A stretch of DNA of 64,000 nt from Lama guanicoe. Taxonomy: Eukaryota. A program made the translations under genes and the position numbers. The stretch spans positions 5,000,167 through 5,064,166 of the forward strand of contig MU054001.1 of NCBI GenBank assembly GCA_013239625.1, given 5' to 3'. Every line of letters starts with the position of its first letter. Within the stretch, counting starts at the first letter, position 1. Below, in pieces: positions 51,501 through 64,000 of this stretch. A model generated the notes under the pieces. The model saw only the letters and a program-made list of their open reading frames with translations, was not told where the DNA came from and searched no databases.

Positions 51501-53714
51501 CTTGATCAAAGTTGGTCAATTTAAGTCTCAGCAATGTTCCAAATGCTCGCTCGCTGTCTTTGCCTTTGAAGGAGTTCATTTCAGGTAGACAGATTATTTA
51601 CTTATTCTGAAGATGCCAAGAGAGAGGGCATGTTGGCAATACCAATTGAGCTGTGGGTGCGGGCTCCACAGCTCAGCCTTCACGTGGCATCTGAGTGTCT
51701 GGTGCTTTTCCTTCCTCCCTCTCTGTGTTCTCTGTGCTCCCAAGTGAGAACGTGGCTGCCAGGTCTGCCAGTGTGTGGACCTAAATCATCTCCCGAATCA
51801 ATATGAGTGACAGTGGTGCTCTTTGAGTCTGTGAAATTTGCAGCTGTTTTCCTTGATTGCTGAAATATGTCTATGTCTCTGTTATAAGAAGTTGGGGTTC
51901 AGGCTGAAGGCAGAAACAAGCCTGTTCCCTCAGGGGAGAGACTGAAGGACATCTAGATGCGACCTCTATAGAACCCCATTCCAACCAGAAGTCTATGGAA
52001 CGCAAGATGCTCCAGGCAGCAGTTGGAGTCTTCATGTCTGAGTGTCTAGCTTACATCTGTCACCAGAATCCTGCCTTCTAGCCTCAGTTTGCAGAGAAAG
52101 CCACTTGGTGACTAGCTTTCAGAGCTGTGCCATGAATCTTCTTTTGGCTTCTCTTAATTCATCCTTCCCTTAGTACCCAGAGCGAGCGTCTCAACACATA
52201 AACCAAAACACACCGTGTGAAAACACCCAGTGCCTGCACAAGGCAGTGCGACTTCACACTGTAGCTGCTGGTCCTCCCTCACCTGGCTCCTGCTGACTTC
52301 TACAAGCTCACCTTCTATTGCCTTCCTCCCCTGCAGACGGGCTTATCCTGGCTCTCTGTCGGCATCTAGACTATGCCCAGCTCTTTCGTGTCTCAGAGCC
52401 TCTGCACCTGCTGGTCATTTGGGGCTATTTCCTTTCTCCCAGGTCTCAGCAGGCTGCCCCTGTTTACTCCCTCTGATGCTGAGCCACTTCCTCTATTAGC
52501 AGTTGAGCTCTGTTTCACTGCCCCGAAATGCTCATTTATCTGCTTGCTTGTTTGCGGTCCCTCTTCTTCCCTGAGGAAATGGACCTGATCTGTCCTTGGG
52601 TGTCCCTCTGTCCCCACAGTTTGGAACAGAACCTAGAATGGTAGGGGCTGGATTAATATACGAATGATTGAATAGCAAATGAGCCTTCCAGTCATGTTCC
52701 CCAGAGCTCAGGGCTTCTGCTCCATCAGAGTAGATCGGTCTTCTCATTGGTCCCTCAATTCAGGAGCTCAGGGGAGCCATTACCCATGTTCCCCACCAGA
52801 AGCCAGATCCATCCAGAGGGGAAGCAGGCTGGAAGCCATGGGGTCAAGGATGGGGGCTGGAATATTGACCTCTTATCATCCACAGGCCTATTGAATTTTT
52901 TTTTTTTTTGCTTATTAATGTCTATTGTTAAAATTGCTTAATGCAGCTAACCATGCAGTGGGCTAGAGAAAACTGAAGTGAGTTGTGAATTACTGAATTT
53001 TTCCCACTGAAGTTATCCTGCAACAGACAAGTACAAACAAGAGAACAAGGAGAAAAGAGACCTTAGTCTGGAGCAGAAGTGGGAAGCAGCCAGGGTACTG
53101 TTCCTGGAATAGTTAACTCTGCTTGGAGCAAATGTGGGCAGTGAAGTGGAGACTGAGGAAGGAGAGTGAGGGCTGGAAAATCATATGCACAAGAGAGAAG
53201 GAAACTTCTTGACTCTCTCCAAGATGGGAGAAGGTAGCACTGGGGGCAGAAATGCCCACAGTGTTAAACTAAGGCTGTAGAAAAAAAGACATGTATCCTC
53301 AGACTACAAAATACCCACCCCAGAAATACCCAGCTAGCCTAGAGTGGTCAATCAAACATTTTTCCAACAATATTTACCTCACCATTGCTGCATGCCTGCC
53401 CAGCACCAGCTCTGCTCTATAGGTCTAGTAGAAAAATCTAGGCAGGGGGCCAGCCTTGCCTGCAGTCCAGCTGAAGAGAGTGTAGTACAGAGAAGGATAG
53501 GAAGTTAGGGTGAGGGGGTTAGCTGTCTGTTCCACTTGATTTAATCCTCTCCCTCCCACACCATTGTGAACTCCTCATGATCCAAGTCAATTTTCATGAC
53601 CTTTGGTTTTTGTCCTCCTGTATATGGCCATGTAGGGGGCACTGGTTAAGAGAAAGGGCTTTGAGTTAACAGAGCTAGTTTTGAGGGCTACCTTCACTGC
53701 TGTATTCATCAGGA

Positions 53715-54140
53715 CCCTTATGGCTTCAAATCATCGAAACCCAACTAAAACCTGGCCTTAGAATACCCTTCCCAAAAAATTTATTGGATCCCATTACCAA
53801 TCCAAGGAGGACTGAATTCAGGGGTGGCTGATCCAGGCACTTGAGCAATGTCATTAGAAATCTGCCTCTTTTTATATCTGGATTCATTTCCAGGCCCCCC
53901 ATTGTGACAGCCGACCCACATTTTGTTGAGTTTCCACATGAGGGGGAGAGTACTTTTTTCTCTACAGTCCCAGAAAAAAATTCCAGAACTGATGAATATT
54001 GGACTGATTTAAGTCGGGTGCATTCCCAGAGCTGGTTTCCTTGATCAGAGAAAGAAAATAAGCTCATTGGCCAGGCATGGAGCCAGGCTGGAGGTGGGGA
54101 TGGGGAGAGGAAGTCCTGTCTGGGGGCAGCTGGTGCCAAA
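53715..54140 (-). mobile_element. MaLR (MLT1-like) LTR
   Basis: gaaacccaactaaaacctggctt..aatttattgga..tcaggggtggctgatccagg..ctcattggccagg. Confidence 0.55.
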
Positions 54141-55199
54141 GAAGGGGGACTGCGTGTGAGGTGGACAAAAGCAATAGATGTCCAACAGCACAGCCACTTC
54201 CTGTAAGGGCAGTGTGACTTCAAGCAGGGGCTAATGTCTCTGATCTTCAGTTTCCTTGTCTAAGGTGAGATGAGAAATGATATCTAATTCTGTTAGGATG
54301 AATGAGTTAATACCTATGAAAGACTTATCAGAGTGAAGGACATAAGAACTACACAGTAAATAGCAATTATTATTATTGCTCCAAGGCACCCTATCATTGT
54401 CATTTCATTATATCACAAAGATCTCTCCCCTTCCCCTCCCAAGAAGAGCACAAGCTCCTTGTGGTCTAATAATGCTTATTTGTGCTTTCAGATCATCTGG
54501 AGATCTTGTTAAAATACAGACTGTGATTCTTTAAGTCTAGGTTGGGGCTTGAGATTTTTCCAATTCTAGTAAGCTTTTTTAGAATTGACTTTTTAAAAGA
54601 ACTTTGCAATTGTAATAATCTCTGCAAAATTCTACATGATGAACTCACTACAGACAACACTGGAGTAACAGTAGTATAGGACCATGTATAGCCTACAGCT
54701 AATTCCCAAATACCAGTCCACAGATGTGTTATATCAATCAAATGGGATTTTTGTTGTTGTTTTGGAAGAGAATTTACTGGTGGCTCATATAACACAAGGT
54801 AAGCATGAGATATAGAGATTGCTTCAGGCATAATTTGATTATCAGCACCTGGTCTCTGTCTCCCTGTCCCTTGTGCTCAGCCCCTTTCACTCCTCATAGT
54901 CACAGTGTAGCTGCAGAAGCTCCAACCCTTTCATTTTCTCTGCTTCAAATCCAGAAGTCTTTGCAAAATTCTCATTGACTCTGAAGTAGTCCCATACCAG
55001 TCTCTAGATCAGCTTCAAAGGAAAGATAATGCAAGCTCTGATAGGTCAGCTTAAGTCTTACCTTCCTTATGAAGTCAGAGAGTGAAATCCACTTCATCGA
55101 AGCATCAAGGATAAAGGCAATGTGTGTATGTGTGCTTAGGAGGATCTCCAAACTAAAATTGAAAACTAGCACATAAAATCAAGGCCACCCAGCTATAAT

Positions 55200-55790
55200 C
55201 CCACCCCCAGATTCTTATACCCAACTCTCCACTCACATAGTTAACAGGCAACTTAGATGTACATGCTCTAAATGGATCCTCTGATCTCTCCCCAGATCTG
55301 CTCCTGCCACAGCCTTTTCCATTCCTTTTCTCAGTTATGGCAATCCTATTCTTCTGGTAGTTCAGACCAGAAACCCTGGCACCATCCTTGACTACTTTTT
55401 TTCTTATACCCAACAGCAAATCCTATCAACTTTACCTTCAAAATAATCCAATGGTCAGCTGATCCAGGCCACCAGCATCTCTCCCTGGACAATTGCAGTT
55501 GGCCAATTTATCTCCCAGCTGGCACTCATGCTGCCCTACATCTACCCACACACACGTAATCAAAGCAGCCTGCTGTGGTCCTGCTAAGGGGTGAGTCAGA
55601 TCATGGCACTTCTCTGCTAAAACTTCCAAATGGGTTTCCTTCTCATTTGGAATAAAATCTAAATGATTTGTCTGTCTCCCAGCCTCCGACCCACCCTGCC
55701 TGACTACTTCTCTGACCTCATCTGCCCTTCATCTAGGAGCTTGTATAAAAGGTACCTGCCGCTCCTTGCCCCCGAACATTCTGATACAGT
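55200..55790 (+). mobile_element. LINE-2 fragment
   Basis: ctcagttatggcaa..cagaaaccctggcaccatccttgact..agcaaatcctatc..ccttcaaaataa..gtcagatcatggcacttctctgctaaaac. Confidence 0.75.
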
Positions 55791-56666
55791 AGCTCTGGTC
55801 TGCATCAGGGGTTCTGTATTGCTACAAGTCCCATGTGTGATTTTGACCTGCTGCCCACGTTTGCCCAAACAATTGTTCCCAACACTTGGCCAGGGCTCTG
55901 GCATGGAGGTAGCGCATAAACATCTCCTGAATCAGCACCTCATCTTTCCCTCTGTGATTGTGTGTGGTGTTCAGGGTTGGATGGAATGTGGGAGGGGAGT
56001 GGGGTTAGTTATTTTTTCCCAGGGTGAAGTCTGATTATACAAAGGTTGCTACTTCTATGATACTGAGGCGATCATCTGAAGAGTATAATTAGTGTCTGCG
56101 CACTTTGCAGGAGAAGGGCCCGTATTGGCTAATGTGCCTGCCTCTCAGTGGGATGCCCGGGAGGCTGTTTGGTGACTGCATCTTTCACTTTCACTTAATG
56201 GTGACAGCCCATGGCAGCACATGGTGCTTCTGCCCAGCTTCTGTGCTAATAATGAAGGCAGCTTCACAAGAGCCCTTGTACAAACTGTACCCGCTGGAGA
56301 GCCTGCCTGGTTTTATTTTAACTTGGCCTCTTGCAAAGGCATCTTGCCTGCTATCTCTTCCTGCCCATTGCCAATTTGGGGGCTGCCTGCCTCCTGAGGG
56401 ACAAGCACCCAGCTTCTTCCCTTCTTCACCCCTACTCTCTGACCTGGTCCTGGGGGCCCCTTCCCACACTCTGCCAGCTCCTTCAGCTGTCTGTGTGACG
56501 GCTTTGAGCCTGGAGCTCCGGAAACTGTCTATTAGGACACTTTGGTGGTAAGGAACAGAAATCGGCAGACGAGGAATTTCTTCATATGAGTTATGGCTGC
56601 TCACAGGATGGAAGTGAAAGCTGGAAGAACTAGGCTCTGGCAGAGCCAGGAAGCAGGACAGCCCAG

Positions 56667-56852
56667 AGGTGAGGGTCTTGGCAGCAGGAACTGGGGACTT
56701 TCCCTTGGAAGCCTGCCTCCAGGATGCACTGGTGACTGTAACTTACATTCTTGTGTCACAGGTGAGGGTCTTGGCAGCAGGAACTGGGGACTTTCCCTTG
56801 GAAGCCTGCCTCCAGGATGCACTGGTGACTGTAATTTACATTCTTGTGTCAC
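56667..56852. repeat. 93-bp tandem duplication, 2 copies, 1 mismatch
   Basis: Copies at 56667-56759 and 56760-56852 differ only at gtaaCtt versus gtaaTtt. Confidence 0.97.
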
Positions 56853-56989
56853 TCAACATTTAACACCCCTGGAGAGAGGATTATCTCAGGAGCTCAACCC
56901 TCATCTAGGGGAGCACAGGGTAGCAAGATTGTTCATTATGCCAGGGCTGTAGACAACGCAGCCAAGAAAGTCCGTCAGGACGACGTGGA

Positions 56990-57220
56990 GTGAGAGGAGT
57001 GGGCTCTGGAGCCAGGCTGCCTGGGTTCGTATCCCAGCTCTGCTGTGATCTGTGATGTAGCTTTCTGCAGGTTATTTGTTTTTGTCTGAATCTCAGTTTT
57101 CTCATCTGAAAAACGGGGATAGTAATAATGCCTACTTCATGAGATTCTGGAGAGTCTTAATTAAATGAATCTATCAAAGCACAGGCATACAGTAGGTACT
57201 CAATCAATTTTAGTTATCAG
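56990..57220 (+). mobile_element. MIR SINE
   Basis: gggctctggagccaggctgcctgggttcgtatcccagctctgc..ctcagttttctcatctgaaaaacggggatagtaat. Confidence 0.9.
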
Positions 57221-57584
57221 TAGTGAGACCAAAAGGAAGTGTGTGGATGTGTGCATGCTGGGAAGGCAGTGATTCAGGTGCTCTCTCCATGGGATTTTTG
57301 CATATCCCTTTCCCCAACCCTTGACTCTGGTTTCTATGGGGCTTGTTACCATCTTCTTCAGTAATGCCTGGTCAGGAGGAAAGATGACTCAGGGACTTCC
57401 TGGCCCATAGGTCCCACAAACACAGAGGGACTGGTCAGGACAAAATACTGATCAAGAACTTGACCTAGTTCAAATTCTGATTCTGCTACAAACAGCTGTG
57501 TGACTTGGGTAAGTTGTAGAGCATCTCTAAGCCATGCAGGAAGCAAGATAATGAAAGCCTGCTTCTTAGGGTCGTTGGGTGGGT

Positions 57585-58620
57585 CCACTCATTCAAGGAA
57601 AAAACAATAATTGAGCCCCGACTGGAGTCGAATATTGTTCTAGGTACTGGGATTACAGCAGGAACTAAATAGACACTTCACTGCCCCCGTGTGAATGGGC
57701 ATACCCTAGCCCAATCATTATTCAAAGTTGCCTAAGTACAGAGTGATAATGGCACAGGGAACTGTGAGCCATGAGGCGTGTGATTTTGAGCTCAGACTTG
57801 AGATCTGACTCAGAATGAGACAAGCCAGGGCTGGGAGTGGGGGTAAGTATTTTAGGCAGAAGGAACAGCATGTGCGAAACCCCAAGGTGGGAAACATAAT
57901 GGCTCTGTGTAAGCACTCGGAGCACTGAGTTACCCCCAGTCGGGGAGGGAAAGGGGATCAAGGGGAGGCTGGAGAGTTGCAGGGGCCAGATCAGGTCTGA
58001 TTGTCAGGGTGAGGATTCAAGTCTTCATTCTGAGAGCAGTGGGTCCCTGTTAAAAGATTTAACCACAATGTCTTTACATTCACAGAATGTCGGGCTGGCT
58101 GCTGGGAGGAGAAGTCCTGGAAGGGGGCAGGTCTGGAGGCAGGCAGTCCTGTGATGAGGCTGTGACTGCCATCAGGCTTGGGATAAAGGCAGCTGGGACT
58201 ATGACAGTGATGGCAAAGTTGGAGCTCAGTAGATGGATTTAAGAGATGTTTAGGAGTTAAAGGCTTAGGTTTTAGTGATGGAGTAGGACACAGAGGTGAG
58301 AGGAAGAGGGTGTCAAGGGTGGGCTCTGATTTCTCCAGGATTTCTGGTTATGCCGTAGGGTGGGTAGCATTGCCCCTCCTGGAGAGGAGAGCGAGATCTA
58401 GGGCCGGGAGGGTTGTGAGGTCAGTGGGGGATGTGTTGCATTTGAGGTTCCTTTGAGATATTATATGTCAATGCCAAATAGACAGCTCCATAAGAGGGTC
58501 TGGGGGCCAGAAGGCAGGTCTGAGCTGGAGACATAAACTTGGGCCTCAGAGGCAGGTTAAGAGCCCTGAGATGAACAGGTGGAGGGGAAACACAGTCAGC
58601 GGAAAGCTCTTAGGAGTGCC
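57585..58620 (-). mobile_element. LINE-2 fragment
   Basis: cattcaa..attgagc..ttctaggtactgggattacagca..ggcagaaggaacagcatgtgc..tttgaggttcct..gagctggagacataaacttggg. Confidence 0.75.
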
Positions 58621-58655
58621 GCTATGTTACAAAGACTTAAATCATTTCTTAGCTC

Positions 58656-58742
58656 TATATGCACGTGCGTGTGTGCATATGTGCGTGTGTGTGCGTGTGT
58701 GCGTGTGTGTGTGCGTGTGCATGTGCATGTGTGTGTGTGTGT
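58656..58742. repeat. Compound (GT/GC/AT) alternating purine-pyrimidine tract
   Basis: About 87 bp of uninterrupted RY alternation, read directly. Confidence 0.95.
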
Positions 58743-59754
58743 TCTGCAGCCAAAACTCCCCTCTCAAGGCTGCTGCTATGACTGGCTTCTGGTAGGGTGG
58801 GCCTCACCTCATATTGGGACTTATTTGTTTGACAAGCTCCTGTTGTCACCTAGTGAAAGTTAGGACCCAGAAGGGGCTGCATCATGGTGGATGTGGGTGT
58901 GGGTGGGGGAGAGACTGAGGCACAGAAGGGAGTCGTATTAAGCTCCTCTCACCTACACCCCAACACACACAACTCAGGCCTGACACTTTGATTGAACTTA
59001 ATTTCTTTCTTTCTAAAACCTTCCCTGGAAGAATTACGATCCCAGCTTCCCCCGACAGCACCAGGGGGAGGACAGTATTGGCGATGGCATAAAAGTGGAG
59101 GACGGGGGGAAGAGCAAAAGACAGAGCGTTTATCCTAAGCAGGGTCCTGGAGCACCAGCCACCTTCTGAGCAAGACAGAGAGAAACCAAAGGCTTTGAAA
59201 ATAGAACTGCTTCACTGCTTCAGGCAGGGAAAACAACCCAAACTAAAGCCGAATTTCTTGATTCTCAGCAACTGATCCCCACTGAGGCAAAGAGCACCCC
59301 TGAGTCCCAGAGAGGAGTCAGAGGGCAGCTGAACAGGTGGGAGGGAGTGTAGCTGGACCATGGGCCTGGAGCTTTGTCCTGGAGTGATCAGAACGTCCTT
59401 GGCCTCTGAAGAGAGAGCTCCAGCCCACAGAACACACAGGGCCCTTATTTGCAGACAGCAGTGTCTCCAAAGGAAAGGAAAGAGGCCCTAGGACAAGCTG
59501 TTTCTGGAACAGATCAGAACATCTGCATGTAAGCATAGCTGGTTGTCTCCATAAACAGTTCTCAGAAGATGCAATTCCCCTTTTCAAATGATGGCAAGGT
59601 TACAAAGTTAAGGACGGCAGGATTGGTGCTGTGGGGAGGCATGGGAACTGGTAGGGGATGGGCATGGGGAAAAGCTGTCAGAGTCATGGTAGGGGGTGGT
59701 GCCAAGTCACACCAAATCTTGGAAGAAGCACGGGGCTTCAGGGAGGAGGTAATT

Positions 59755-60635
59755 TTTTTTTAATAGACTTAATTTTTTATAACAGTTTTAGATTTGAGAA
59801 GATTGAGAAAGATAGTACAGAGAATCTCCCTACACCCTCTTAAGCCATTTCCCCTGTTATTAATATCTTATTTACATTAGTATAGAAAATTAGCAAACTT
59901 CATTGTATATTTTGGTTACAACTTCTGTATCAGACACATGTTTTGAAAATATTTTCTCCCAGTCTATGGCTTGTATTTTCATTCTGTTAACAGTATCTTT
60001 TGCAGAGCATGTTTTAAACTTTAATGAAGTCCAACTTACCATTTTTTTCTTTTATGACTTGTGTTTTGGGAGCTGTTACTGAAAACTCGTCACCAAACCT
60101 ACAGTCACCTAGATTTTCATCTCTGTGTGGGTTTTTGTTTTTAGAAGTTTTATAGTTTTTGCACTTTATATTAGGTCTAGAATCCATTTTGGGTTAATTT
60201 TTGGAAAAGGTGTGAGGGCTGTGTCTAGATTATCTTTCTGCATCCGGATGCCCAATGGTTCCAGGATCATTTGTTGAAAAGAGTATTCTTCACTGATTTG
60301 GCTTTGCTCCTTTTACAAAGATGGGTTGACTATATTTGTGTAGGTCTGCTTCTGGGCTGTTTATTCTGTTCCATTAATCTATATGTCTATTCTTTCATCA
60401 ACACCACATTGCCTTCATTATGCTATATTTATAGTAAGTCTTGACATTGGGTTGTGTCACTTCTCTAACTTTGTTCTTTTCAATATTATGTTGGCTGTTC
60501 TGGGGCTCTGCCTGTTCATATAAACTTTAGAAATGATTTATGAATATTTACAAAATAGTTTGCAGAAATTTTGATTGAGATTTTGAAATTTTGATTGAGA
60601 TCAGGTTGGGAAGCATCAACTTCTTAGTAATATGG
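59755..60635 (-). mobile_element. Antisense old L1 fragments (3'UTR end and ORF2 C-terminal part)
   Basis: taatagact..aacagttttagatt; aatattttctcccagtctatggcttg; atccattttgggttaatttt; ttatagtaagtcttga..tctaactttgttcttt. Confidence 0.85.
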
Positions 60636-61159
60636 AGCTCAGCTGTGCCTGAAAACACTTAGACTTGTGAGCAGGATCTTTTGTTACAGGATTCTCATTT
60701 TATTTAAGCCATGTGGGCTGGGTTTACTTCCTCTGCCTACCGAAAAAAATGTCCTTAGTGATACAGAAATAATTGATCTATGGTCGATCAATTATATTAA
60801 TGCCAGAGTATAATGCTTTACCTAAGGAGTTTGGAACTTTCATTTCAGACCATGTAGGGGAAATACAACTTAAGTCCTATCAAATGCATGTCCACACCCA
60901 GGGTGACTACTCCCCAGTGTGTGGCACTGGGTGAGCACTTGTTTGCTGAGGTATCATATTCTGGGGTTCTTTAATTCTTTATTATCTGCTCTTTACCTAC
61001 AGTTTACTGGGAAGTCGTTCCAGTAATCTACTCATTCCTGCACAAGATTTTGAGATGTCCAAGATACTTTATTGAAGACAAGTCTGCCTTTCTCTGTCAT
61101 TTTATACCCTCAGCCTCTGAAGGCTCAGCTCTCCATTTAGCTTTCACTCTGAGGGGGCC

Positions 61160-61528
61160 AACCCCAGCCATAACAAAATACCACAGGCTGTGTGGCTTTA
61201 ACAACAGAAATTTATTTTCTCACCATTCTGGTGGCTGGACATCCAAGATCAAGGTGTGAGCAGGTTTGGTTTTTCCTGAGGTCTCTCTCCTTGGCTTGCA
61301 GGTGACCACCTTCTTGCTGTGACCTCGCATGGTCTTCCCTTGTGTGTGCCTGTCCAGCATCTTTATCTTCTTAGAAGGACACCACTCAAATTGGATGAGA
61401 GCCCTGCCTTTATGACCTCATTTTACCTTAATTACCTCTTTAAAGGACCCATTGCCAAAAAAATCATGTTGGGGGGTCAGGGCTTCAACATATGAATTTG
61501 GGGGAGGACACAATTCAGTCCATTAACA
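61160..61528 (-). mobile_element. MaLR (MLT1A/B/D-like) solo LTR
   Basis: ccataacaaaataccacaggctg..aacaacagaaatttattttctcac..ccaagatcaaggtg..gggcttcaacatatgaatttgggggaggacacaattcagtccattaaca. Confidence 0.85.
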
Positions 61529-63454
61529 CCACGTTTCAGCCAGTCTTAGCAATTGCTTTTAATTCTGGAAAGATTTTAACTGCCTTAGTTGAGTAACATC
61601 AGGAGAAATTCTTCTACTTGGCAAACATTGGGTTGAGTACCTTCTCTGTACCAGCTACTATGCTGAGCCAATAGGACCCCATCTCACTCTGAGTAGAGAC
61701 CATGGCTTACAGGGTAAATGAAAGGAGGACCAGCTTTTGACTGGGTGGTTTGTCCTAACTGACCTCCTTTCCGAAGCCTATTCCACTCCTGCTGTTCTCT
61801 GGCCATCCACTACCCTGTCATTCAGGCCTCCTGCTCCCAGGAAAATGCCCCCATGTACTTAACTGATGTACCTACAACTGTCCCTCCAAGATTGCCTTGA
61901 ATTATCTATCTCTGGGAAAAGTGATCCTGTAAACTAGTCCACACTGAGAAGCTAGTGATGGATTACTGGTTAAGGAACTACCTCTCCCAGGATCACAGTA
62001 CAGGAGCTAAATGAAAACAAACAAACAAACAAAAAAACATTGGTGGAGTTGAGTCATTGGAGATCATTCAAGGATCCTTTCTGTCTTCCTTCTCGTACTA
62101 AGAAATGTGATTCTTATAGATTCTGAAAGGGGTAGCCACTGGAGAGGTGGAGACATAGCTTAGTAGAAGGCCACCAATAAAGGACCTGGGTTTTAATCTC
62201 AGCGTTGGCCCTGATGTGTTATATAACCTTGAGCAAACCCTTCCCTCTTTCTACACCTCAGTTTCTCTACCTGCGCTCTGGATCAGCTATCCAGGGACAC
62301 TGAGAATGAATGCTGTAACAGACAGAAAAGTGTTTTAGATGGAAAATGCCATAAAATAAATTCAAGGTGTTATTATTTTAAGGTGCAAAATCAGAACTTA
62401 TAAAACCAGGCGTAAAAATGTCCTGGCGGATATATTTTCATTCTGGAGAAAATTAATGGCTGCATCTTGGGCTTGAATTTTCCACAGAGCCAATCCCAGA
62501 ATGTTGGAGTTGGAAGCATCCTTAGAGATATTTAATCCCACTCTTCCCGAAGGGGGACTGAGGCCCAGAGAGGGAAGGGACTTGCTCAGCGCTACACAGT
62601 AGGTTAGTGACTCAGTTGGGACTGGGACTTGTTAGTCCTGACACCTTTTCCTCCATTCCAATCTTTTCATGGGGATGGCAGAGAGTGCGAGGGCTAACAC
62701 CTATGAACCATCTCTAAGTGATGGTTTGTGAGACCTTCCTCAGCAGCTGGACACATCTGTCCCTGGTGGAGATCTCTGACTCGCAGGCCCAGGGAACTCT
62801 CAGAGGAAATTCCTGCCACAATTGCTGACCTCAGCTCCTCAGCGTTATAGACTGGCTTGACCTGGAAACTCTACTGCCAGTCACATCTCCCCCACTAGGC
62901 TGGTTCCTATACAGTGTGGCTTGGTCTGGTTTGAGTGTAGAGGTAATTGCAATATATTGAGGTTTGGTATTGTAATAAAAATAGGGGCCATTACAGCGAC
63001 CATTTATGTCATTAGTATTTAGTGGTGGTGTGTTGCAGCTTTTTTAGTGCTCATAAAACTGTCGCTGCTTGCAGATATGTCACGATGCTGATATAAATTT
63101 AAAGGGTTAGAAATCCATAAGTCATAAAAACTAGATAGTAAATAGCAGCAGAACAGGATGGACAAGAACTGTTGCATTAGGCATGCAAATGCTTATGGAT
63201 TTGCATGTCTAGTGCTTGCATTAGCATAATGAGAAGCACATTTACATTACAGATGGACTTGATTAACCAGGCCCTTGTAAATAAGTCCACTCAGCCTAAA
63301 TAGGGATGCTTGGACCTCAGAGGAGGGATTGTTAAGGGACCCAAAGGGCAAGTAGAGTCACTTCTTGCTTCTTCTCTTGTGGCATTGACTTAGTAGAGAA
63401 GTCTTCAGAATCACTGATAATGCTCAAAGGGGAATGGATTTGGACTTGTTTGAT

Positions 63455-63690
63455 GTAATAATAATAGCTAGCACTGAATGCTTACTATGTACTAGCCACT
63501 ACCTGGAAATTTTATATATATTTACTCTCTTAGTCCTTACAACAGCAGCTCTATTCTTATATCCACATTATAGATGAGGAAGCTGAGGTATAGAGAAGAT
63601 AGTGGAATTTTTCAAAGTCTGTTATTAGATGGCAGAACCAGGATGTGAATCCAGCAGTCTGGCTCAAAGCCCAAGATCTTAACTACTATA
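63455..63690 (-). mobile_element. MIR SINE, followed by an L2 tail to the window end
   Basis: aataatagctagcactgaatgcttactatgt..atagatgaggaagctgagg..ggatgtgaatccagcagtctggctc. L2-like sequence at about 63705-64000. Confidence 0.8.
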
Positions 63691-64000
63691 TTAGCTTCTC
63701 CTTATTCACTCAACTCATGCAGGCATGCAGCTAACACTTCTTAAGCATTTCCTACATACCAGGCCCCATGCTACTGTTAAGAGATAAAAACAGCAAGATA
63801 AAGACTCACTCTTCTTAAAAAGTTCATGTTGGAGAAATTGAGATGAAAGCAAAAACTCTCATATTGTGCTCAAGGAGCTCAAACAAGCACACTTAGCTCC
63901 CAGGAAAAGTGGGTAAAAGAAGGCTCCTAGGAGGAGGTGTCCCTTAAACTGAGACTTAAAGGATGTGTAGGAGCCCAGCAGGTGAAGAGCAGAGGATTAG

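Noticed and set aside
56593..56952. ORFs with an internal 31-aa repeat, or a CRISPR-like repeat
   Set aside because: Explained by a two-copy 93-bp tandem duplication with no spacers. The DNA is eukaryotic.
60565..60601. Short direct repeat gaaattttgattgagat, two copies
   Set aside because: Local slippage duplication within a decayed L1, with no sign of function.

Overview
Mammalian genomic DNA, most likely camelid (Vic-1-type tRNA-derived SINE and cetartiodactyl-type L1 pieces). The only protein-coding gene I can support is CBLN1 (cerebellin-1 precursor, + strand, 3 coding exons 42130-42393, 42543-42662, 43931-44128, 193 aa, intact). It lies in a CpG island with a CCAAT/GC-box promoter, a near-canonical REST/RE1 silencer in intron 2 and a likely distal poly(A) signal at 45566. 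The rest is intergenic sequence rich in old repeats (L1, L2, MIR, ERVL/MaLR LTRs, MER3/MER5), with microsatellites and one assembly gap. There are no prokaryote-type systems, CRISPR arrays or RNA genes, and I found no demonstrably new biological system. The best leads are: (i) a uORF in frame with CBLN1 and separated from it by a single TGA; (ii) exon junctions that regenerate 5' splice sites; (iii) a cluster of three RE1-like sites; (iv) an unidentified polyadenylated cargo that splits an old L1; (v) a tailless internal L1 fragment with a perfect 16-bp TSD; (vi) a MIR>MER3>L1 nested insertion; (vii) candidate enhancers, including an inverted octamer pair. Repeat family names come from recalled consensus sequences, and repeat boundaries are approximate unless a TSD is cited.
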